This document shows, piece by piece, positions 58,726 to 64,000 of a stretch of DNA of 64,000 bases. Within the stretch, counting starts at the first letter, position 1. Each line of letters opens with the position of its first letter. Below the pieces are notes generated by a model. It saw nothing but the letters and a program-made list of their open reading frames with translations. It made no database searches and was not told the DNA's origin. This DNA comes from a virus: positions 44,526 to 108,525 of IMG/VR virus record IMGVR_UViG_3300020478_000004. The stretch is one strand, 5' to 3'. The translations under genes were made by a program, and so were the position numbers.

Positions 58726-58979
58726 TAGTATTCCTCCCCGTAGTAGCCGTAGTCTTCGTCGGTACCCCAACCAGCACTGGCCAACGCACTCTCGTGGTCA
58801 CCATCCATGCTGTCGTCGAAATCGTCTTCCATGAAACGATCTGACAATTCGTTGCTGTCCATCATGTCAGCAACATCGTCCTCACTCATGTACTTCACGC
58901 ACATAGTGACAGCGTCGATCGGATTGATCAACCCTTCTTCTACCATTTCCAGGAATTTGTTTGTTTGTTCTCTTGCCAT
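58725..58979 (-). CDS. Very acidic early protein
   Basis: Ends DGDHESALASAGWGTDEDYG; GAGGGC RBS. Confidence 0.7.
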   Translation of the reverse strand: MAREQTNKFLEMVEEGLINPIDAVTMCVKYMSEDDVADMMDSNELSDRFMEDDFDDSMDGDHESALASAGWGTDEDYGYYGEEY

Positions 58980-59352
58980 TTTGCCCTCGCTTTGTTAATT
59001 GTTAAGTATATAATAGCACCTAATATCCACAATGTCAACCATTTTTTTTCTTCAATGATTTCAATGACTTACGTCTTTGATCCAACATGGCCAATGACAC
59101 TCGGTCTCCTTTACGGCCCAAGTCGCTAACTCATTGATATTACTGCGGAAATACTCAACAACTGTGGGATCCTGGTAAGCCAGAGTGGCTCCGACCCCTA
59201 TTAGAATTCCTACCCAAATTCTCATTATATTAAGCTCGTTAATGCAATTAAAATTTCGTTAATTATCTGTCCCATAATGTACCCCCTTAATTAATTGTTA
59301 ACTACATTATAGCAAATTGGATTGGTTTTGTCAACCGAAAAAGATGTGTCGC

Positions 59353-59503
59353 CTCGGGGGCCGATCATGGTTCCCCCGAGACTTGGGACGGTACCCGTCC
59401 CTAAATTTGGGCCTGACGCCTGCCCACTACATATACCGCGGGATTCTAGCGCCAGGCCCGAATCAGGTCTCCTCTCACCATAGAGGATGAGTCACCCGAC
59501 TCT
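59353..59503 (-). ncRNA. Candidate multi-hairpin structured RNA
   Basis: Five consecutive GC-rich stem-loops in an intergenic region. Confidence 0.4.
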
Positions 59504-59510
59504 GCGTTAT

Positions 59511-59843
59511 TTAAGCGTCTGCTTCAGCTTCAGCTTTAACTAGATCGTTAATAGCTGGCTCAGGTGTTTCAACCTTAGCTGGTTTAGAAACCTTCACATT
59601 ACGCACCACGAACTCAGCGATAGCCGATTGGCTAGCCTCATCCTGGAACTTCTCGTGAGTTGAAAGGAACTTACAAACGTCAGCCTTGCTCATAGCTGTT
59701 TCCAGCTCGAGTAAATTGACATCGGTATGTCCGTTTTTGGTTAAGATTTTGAAACGACTTACATAGTCGTTCGCGAATCTTACTTTGGTTTTGCCGTTTG
59801 ATGTAGAAACACCAGCGACCGTGTAAGTTTTGCTTGTTGACAT
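59511..59843 (-). CDS. Early hypothetical protein
   Basis: VAGVS...KVRFAND...K.L.K.GHTD; GGAGG RBS. Confidence 0.75.
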   Translation of the reverse strand: MSTSKTYTVAGVSTSNGKTKVRFANDYVSRFKILTKNGHTDVNLLELETAMSKADVCKFLSTHEKFQDEASQSAIAEFVVRNVKVSKPAKVETPEPAINDLVKAEAEADA

Positions 59844-59940
59844 AATTTTGGCCTCCTTTAGCCTGTTCATTAAGTATGTATATAATAGCACTCTTTGGCC
59901 GAAATGTCAACCATTCCATTTACCAAAATGTGCCGCCTGC

Positions 59941-60156
59941 CTATCGAACATTTCGGTGATAACCGAAAACATTCTTAACGCCCGTATTCAATTCTTCAAT
60001 CACCCCGGGCTTGGTGATCATAGTGACATTTCTGGCACCATTTATGATTTTGATTGTATCCTTCCCTGATAGGGTAGTTCCGCCAATTTGCATAGTCGAG
60101 CAAGCCGACATCGAAATAGCGACAACCAAAGCCAAAAATACTCTAGTTATTCTCAT
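59941..60156 (-). CDS. Putative lipoprotein
   Basis: MSAC lipobox. Confidence 0.55.
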   Translation of the reverse strand: MRITRVFLALVVAISMSACSTMQIGGTTLSGKDTIKIINGARNVTMITKPGVIEELNTGVKNVFGYHRNVR

Positions 60157-60325
60157 CTTGAGTCCTAATAGTTAAGATCCCAAAAACAATCATCATGCCT
60201 GCCATCGTAAAGCACAATCCCCAATTGTCTTGTTCGTAGCCTGTAGGACCGTCAATCGCCCCTACTGCCATAATCGCTGATAGAATAAATCCTATTGCGA
60301 AGATCGTGTTCAAAATACTTTTCAT
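60143..60325 (-). CDS. Small 2-TM protein
   Basis: GAGGGC RBS; own promoter. Confidence 0.6.
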   Translation of the reverse strand: MKSILNTIFAIGFILSAIMAVGAIDGPTGYEQDNWGLCFTMAGMMIVFGILTIRTQDENN

Positions 60326-60392
60326 CGTTTTAGCCCTCTCTTTCATTATGTGTATATAATACACTCAAAAGCTGAGCTTGTCAACCATTTAT

Positions 60393-61058
60393 TTACCGCA
60401 GAAATGTGTGGTTTCCTATGGTAGTGATATAGGTATATGACCCTGCCCAGCTAGGATTCACCAAATTGTGGTTATAATAGAAGACAGCCCCGTCTGTATT
60501 GTCCCTTAAATCAATGTAGTTCCCATACCCTAGGGTCCAGGCCGCTACGGTTAGAGAGTCTGCCCAAGCCTTAGCATTAGATTCAATAGTGACTCCAGTC
60601 TTCTCTTTGTTAGCCCAGATCTTGTCAGCTTTCCCATCACAGTACCAGCTGAACTGACATTTGTGTTTTATAGGGTAATAAATTGCATCGTCTTCTGGGG
60701 TTTGCTTGGTCTTCCAGCTCTCCCTCTTGGGACCTTGCTGAACTACCATACAATATGTCTCAGGCCATCTCTTATCTTTAACACGATTCCTTGTGACGTT
60801 CGCCACAGCCGCCTTACCTTCGATTGATTCTGCTCTCGCTTCGAAGTAGATGTTTTCAGCAAGACATACCAAGTCAGAAACATTGTCCACCTTAAATTCG
60901 TTGATCTTATCGAACAGAATCATTTGAGCTTGGCCTGTAAGTTCAGCCGCCCCAAGCTTCTGTTCATAGACCATATCGGTCTTTGCTGGCGAGGCGGTAT
61001 ATATCGCCGCCCCTACCATTGTTGCGAGCATAAACTTATTCACGGATAGTTGCTCCAA
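60393..61058 (-). CDS. Cell wall hydrolase (SleB/Hydrolase_2)
   Basis: CLAENIYFEARAE, AVANV..NRV, CQFSWYCDG, TDGAVFY, IGNHTF. Confidence 0.92.
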   Translation of the reverse strand: MEQLSVNKFMLATMVGAAIYTASPAKTDMVYEQKLGAAELTGQAQMILFDKINEFKVDNVSDLVCLAENIYFEARAESIEGKAAVANVTRNRVKDKRWPETYCMVVQQGPKRESWKTKQTPEDDAIYYPIKHKCQFSWYCDGKADKIWANKEKTGVTIESNAKAWADSLTVAAWTLGYGNYIDLRDNTDGAVFYYNHNLVNPSWAGSYTYITTIGNHTFLR

Positions 61059-61246
61059 ATTTCATTCCACATCTCACCAAGCTGATCTTCAATCTCGTCG
61101 TTGTCATCTTGGATCGCAGGATAGGTTAGTTTCTCTCTGATCGTGCCCAATGCTTCAGCAAACGATTCTGACTCTTTCATAATGTCTTCAGCATCGCTCC
61201 AGAATTTCTCTTCTAGATCCATAAGCCAATTTTTAACTGCACCCAT
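61040..61246 (-). CDS. Small acidic protein
   Basis: MGAVKNWLMDLEE; GGAGG RBS. Confidence 0.6.
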   Translation of the reverse strand: MGAVKNWLMDLEEKFWSDAEDIMKESESFAEALGTIREKLTYPAIQDDNDEIEDQLGEMWNEIWSNYP

Positions 61247-61617
61247 TACGCCACCTCCTCTGGAAATGGCATAGCAACGTCATCCTTCGCGTCGCCCTGT
61301 TGCCTGTTCAATGCTTCGTTGACCAAGTCAACTGCTGACATATTAAATCCACCAATATGCCAATCATATGTGTGATATGGAGTTTCGTCTAACTTCCAAT
61401 CATATATTGTAGCCGGAATCATTACTTCGTCGCCATACTCGTCTACAACCGTAAACTCAATATGCCATTCACAAGTGGTTTTGTCGCCTCTTTCTAAAAT
61501 CGGCTCGCCAAAACATTCAATCAACGAATTGTAATCCGTTTTGACATAGCCCATCAGCGACGTACCGCTAATCGACATATTATCGTTGCTTCTGTTTTCT
61601 ATGTTTATTATTTGCAT
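61246..61617 (-). CDS. Early hypothetical protein
   Basis: GTSLMG...FGEP..DKT.CEW...ATIYDWK...WHIGG. Confidence 0.7.
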   Translation of the reverse strand: MQIINIENRSNDNMSISGTSLMGYVKTDYNSLIECFGEPILERGDKTTCEWHIEFTVVDEYGDEVMIPATIYDWKLDETPYHTYDWHIGGFNMSAVDLVNEALNRQQGDAKDDVAMPFPEEVA

Positions 61618-61816
61618 TTCGCCCTCGCTTTGTTAAGTTTATATTACTACTATACTACCAAAATATCAGTTTGTCAACCTTTTTTTGGTTCCCGCCCAAC
61701 CTTGCTTTTATAACGCATTTTGGTTGGGCGATGTTTGTTGGGAGCTTCAGTCTGTGACCAGTATTCCCAACGGCCGTTAATATTATACTACAACCAAATT
61801 AGGAGTTTGTCAACCC

Positions 61817-62182
61817 CTAATCTGCTCTACTTGCCCCGTATGCTGAAATGCCATATTGCTCTAAAACCTTAGCATAAGCATCAGCACCAATTTCTTTGCA
61901 ATCCATCGACTGACCGTGATGATCACCTGGGTTCCAAAGTGTCAAGCCTCGTCTATAGCTCTTCTTGAATCCCACTTGAGCGAACGCCTTACCCAGCTTC
62001 GTGCTCAATTTCATTGTAGGTAGCTCTACCCAAGCAAAACCACAATACATAGGTTCGCCGTATTCGTTGCCACCCGTCTTAGCATTCCAATCAGCTAACC
62101 AATCAGCGATCGCTGTTTTGGCTACCAATGATGCTTTGTGGTGAATTTCCGGAACCATTTCCGGTGTTATAGTTGTCTGCAT
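61817..62182 (-). CDS. Early hypothetical protein
   Basis: CGFAWV...QSMDCKE.GA.AYA.VL...SRAD; GAGGGC RBS. Confidence 0.7.
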   Translation of the reverse strand: MQTTITPEMVPEIHHKASLVAKTAIADWLADWNAKTGGNEYGEPMYCGFAWVELPTMKLSTKLGKAFAQVGFKKSYRRGLTLWNPGDHHGQSMDCKEIGADAYAKVLEQYGISAYGASRAD

Positions 62183-62280
62183 ATTGCCCTCCGTTGTGTT
62201 CATACTATTATAATACCACCTTTGCTCCGAAATGTCAACCCCTAATTTCCAAAAAATTCGAATTATTTTTGGCTGAGCAC

Positions 62281-62304
62281 AAGTGTTGCAAAAATGCAAC
62301 ACTT
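62281..62304. repeat. Perfect inverted repeat (terminator or operator)
   Basis: AAGTGTTGCA-AAAA-TGCAACACTT. Confidence 0.7.
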
Positions 62305-62325
62305 TTTTTGTGCTGTAAATAGTTG

Positions 62326-62736
62326 TTATAATTGCTCGTCCATATCACTTGCTAAACTTATAACTTCTTCATTATTATATTTGTATTTTTCACTAAATGC
62401 ATTTAGCTCAGCTAAACAAAGCATAAACTCAAGCTCATTTTCATGTAAATGCAAAGCTTCGTAAAATGCTTCTGTTTCGCCTTCTTCATCACTTATTAAA
62501 TGCTTTAAATTTTTATTAATGTAATCCACATCTTTTCTACTATATGCATCACTCATAATTCCGCTATCACACATATAATGTGCAATACCGCCAATTAATG
62601 TAGCACAATAATCTCCAACTACTTCTTTATATTTGTTTACTATTGTTTGCAATTCTGCTTTTTCACTTGCATTAATTGTATTAATTGCATAGTACCACTC
62701 GTTTGTATATTTGCATTGTATTAGTTTTTTAAGCAT
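62326..62736 (-). CDS. Acidic, proline-free early protein encoded without TC/CC dinucleotides
   Basis: GAGGGC RBS; promoter TTGCAT-17-TACAAT; extreme dinucleotide bias. Confidence 0.75.
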   Translation of the reverse strand: MLKKLIQCKYTNEWYYAINTINASEKAELQTIVNKYKEVVGDYCATLIGGIAHYMCDSGIMSDAYSRKDVDYINKNLKHLISDEEGETEAFYEALHLHENELEFMLCLAELNAFSEKYKYNNEEVISLASDMDEQL

Positions 62737-62858
62737 AAGCCCTCACATTTTTTAAGTATTAATAACATTATAATAATTGTAGCATAAGCTGTTCCAAAAT
62801 GCAAGCCACAAAATGCACTATTCTAAAAATAAATCTGCTTTCAAAATGCATTTTTTGG

Positions 62859-62887
62859 TTGACAACGTCTCCAAAATATGTTATAAT
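62859..62887 (+). promoter_or_regulatory. Divergent sigma70 promoter
   Basis: TTGACA-17 nt-TATAAT with TG; a second promoter TTGACT-17-TATTAT at 62988-63016. Confidence 0.8.
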
Positions 62888-63278
62888 AAACTACGGCTCT
62901 GGTGCCTGAAGGTCCATATATGTCTTTTGGCCCCCCTGGCCACTATATCTAGTCTAAAAAAAGATGGGGCCAAACCGTCTTTTTTGGTTGACTTCTACCC
63001 CGAAAGATCGTATTATAATAATACAACCGGAGCAAGAGACGGCGCTCACCAAAAAAAGAGTAAGGTTAAGTCAAACCAGCCGCAGAAAAACTTCGTTACT
63101 CAAAGGCTGGGCCGAACTCTGACCTGAGACTCAGAGCCCTAAGTCATTGAAATCATTGGAGAATTTTGGAAGGCACCTTCAGGCCACCGAACGACCCCAA
63201 GAGGCCCCTCATCCAATCCATTAAATCGGCGACATAAGTCATTGGAATCATTAGACTTTTCTGCTATAATAATTAGAT

Positions 63279-63473
63279 ATGAGACTTAGAAATCCTAAAT
63301 TCAAGAAAAGTATTCGAGATGATCTGCTGAAAAAACCTCAGGTAAATTCTGAAGAAAGTATAGCTAAATTAAAGCCCGAAGAAAATGCTATTAAAGTTCC
63401 GCCAAAAAATGAAGTTAAAAAATTATGGTGGAGCAAATACGAAGCAAACCTCAAAAATCCAAAATCCAAATAA
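63279..63473 (+). CDS. Small basic hypothetical protein
   Basis: TGCTATAAT immediately upstream, so possibly leaderless. Confidence 0.45.
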   Translation: MRLRNPKFKKSIRDDLLKKPQVNSEESIAKLKPEENAIKVPPKNEVKKLWWSKYEANLKNPKSK

Positions 63474-63619
63474 CAGTGAAGAGGCGGTCAGTGAAAACCC
63501 AATTGACCTAAACCTAGTGAAGGCCAAAAACCTAGTGAGCCTTCAGTTAGCCCACAGTGAGAACCCAGTGACCTTATACAGTGAGAGGCCTAGTGATCTA
63601 TATAGTGAGGACCTAGTAA
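63474..63619 (+). repeat. Helically phased YAGTGA repeats (11 copies)
   Basis: Starts at 63474, 63489, 63515, 63533, 63544, 63555, 63566, 63579, 63591, 63603, 63614. Confidence 0.75.
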
Positions 63620-64000
63620 AGGCTGAGGCATCCCTTCATTGCTCCCCTCAGCCACTATAGAGAGAACTATACCCCTATGGTTCAGAAGCGAGCAATCCCT
63701 AATACGCCACAGGCGAGCGAGAGAAGGCCGGAGGCCTGATCGAATACCACCACGCCTACTATATAGGGGCGGCTATTCAAGGATATCAGATCATGGCCTC
63801 ACGGTTTTGGATCATTCTGTGTAGGTTTTTTACACAATTCAAAATCTCTGAGAAAGGTGAGAGGAGGGTGGCGAGAGGCATAGTTTGAATACTCCCACAT
63901 AGCCGAAAGGATTCATCCAATCAACGCCACTTCTTTCCAAACCATACTATACTCACTACCAGGAGGACCAAGAATGCGAGGTGCTCGTAAGGTGTCATAA

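Larger units (their letters stand above)
56937..62804 (-). promoter_or_regulatory. Array of about 11 sigma70-type early promoters on the - strand
   Basis: -35/-10 pairs with 17-nt spacers at 56937-65, 57120-48, 58311-39, 59010-38, 59306-34 (perfect), 59882-910, 60356-84, 61649-77, 61785-813, 62210-38, 62776-804. Confidence 0.85.

Noticed and set aside
58320-58804. Alternative ORFs 58320..58541 and 58538..58804
   Set aside because: They overlap better-supported ORFs or a promoter and lack an RBS
62813-63127. 104-aa + strand ORF
   Set aside because: Runs through two consensus promoters and has no RBS; more likely regulatory DNA
63474-63619. CRISPR or mini-array
   Set aside because: Repeat is only 6 bp with 5-20 bp linkers; no cas genes in the window
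63385-63660. 91-aa ORF over the YAGTGA repeats
   Set aside because: Non-ATG start, overlaps another ORF, and repeat spacing is mostly not a multiple of 3

Overview
64-kb segment of a large, AT-rich, T4-like/jumbo myovirus genome, probably marine. 1-44.9 kb is mostly + strand. It holds dNMP kinase, tail sheath and tube, head-completion nuclease, terminase, gp32 SSB, UvsX/UvsY/UvsW, a glycosylation/methylation/2OG-oxygenase cluster, a minimal DnaE-like polymerase core, primase, ClpP, a carbamoyltransferase and the gp41 helicase. The + block ends in the best candidate for an undescribed system: late promoter, then an Asn-rich 90-codon leader ORF, then a catalytic-domain-only class IIb (Asn/Asp) aminoacyl-tRNA-synthetase paralog containing two internal terminator-like hairpins, then an 87-nt tRNA with an Asn (GUU) anticodon on a Leu-like long-variable-arm body with an atypical U37. 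44.9-55.3 kb (- strand) is a metabolic island: lysine-6-dehydrogenase-like protein, proline dehydrogenase, aldehyde dehydrogenase, thioredoxin-like protein, 2[4Fe-4S] ferredoxin and a 2-oxoacid:ferredoxin oxidoreductase beta subunit resembling the Nitrospira/Nitrospina/Aquificae type. 55.3-64 kb is an early-gene region of higher GC, with about a dozen sigma70 promoters and a shared GAGGGC RBS. It also holds GAA-triloop mini-hairpins, structured RNA candidates, helically phased YAGTGA repeats, and a 580-bp gene whose template strand has no GA or GG dinucleotide. Family assignments come from motif recognition by eye; no database searches were run.
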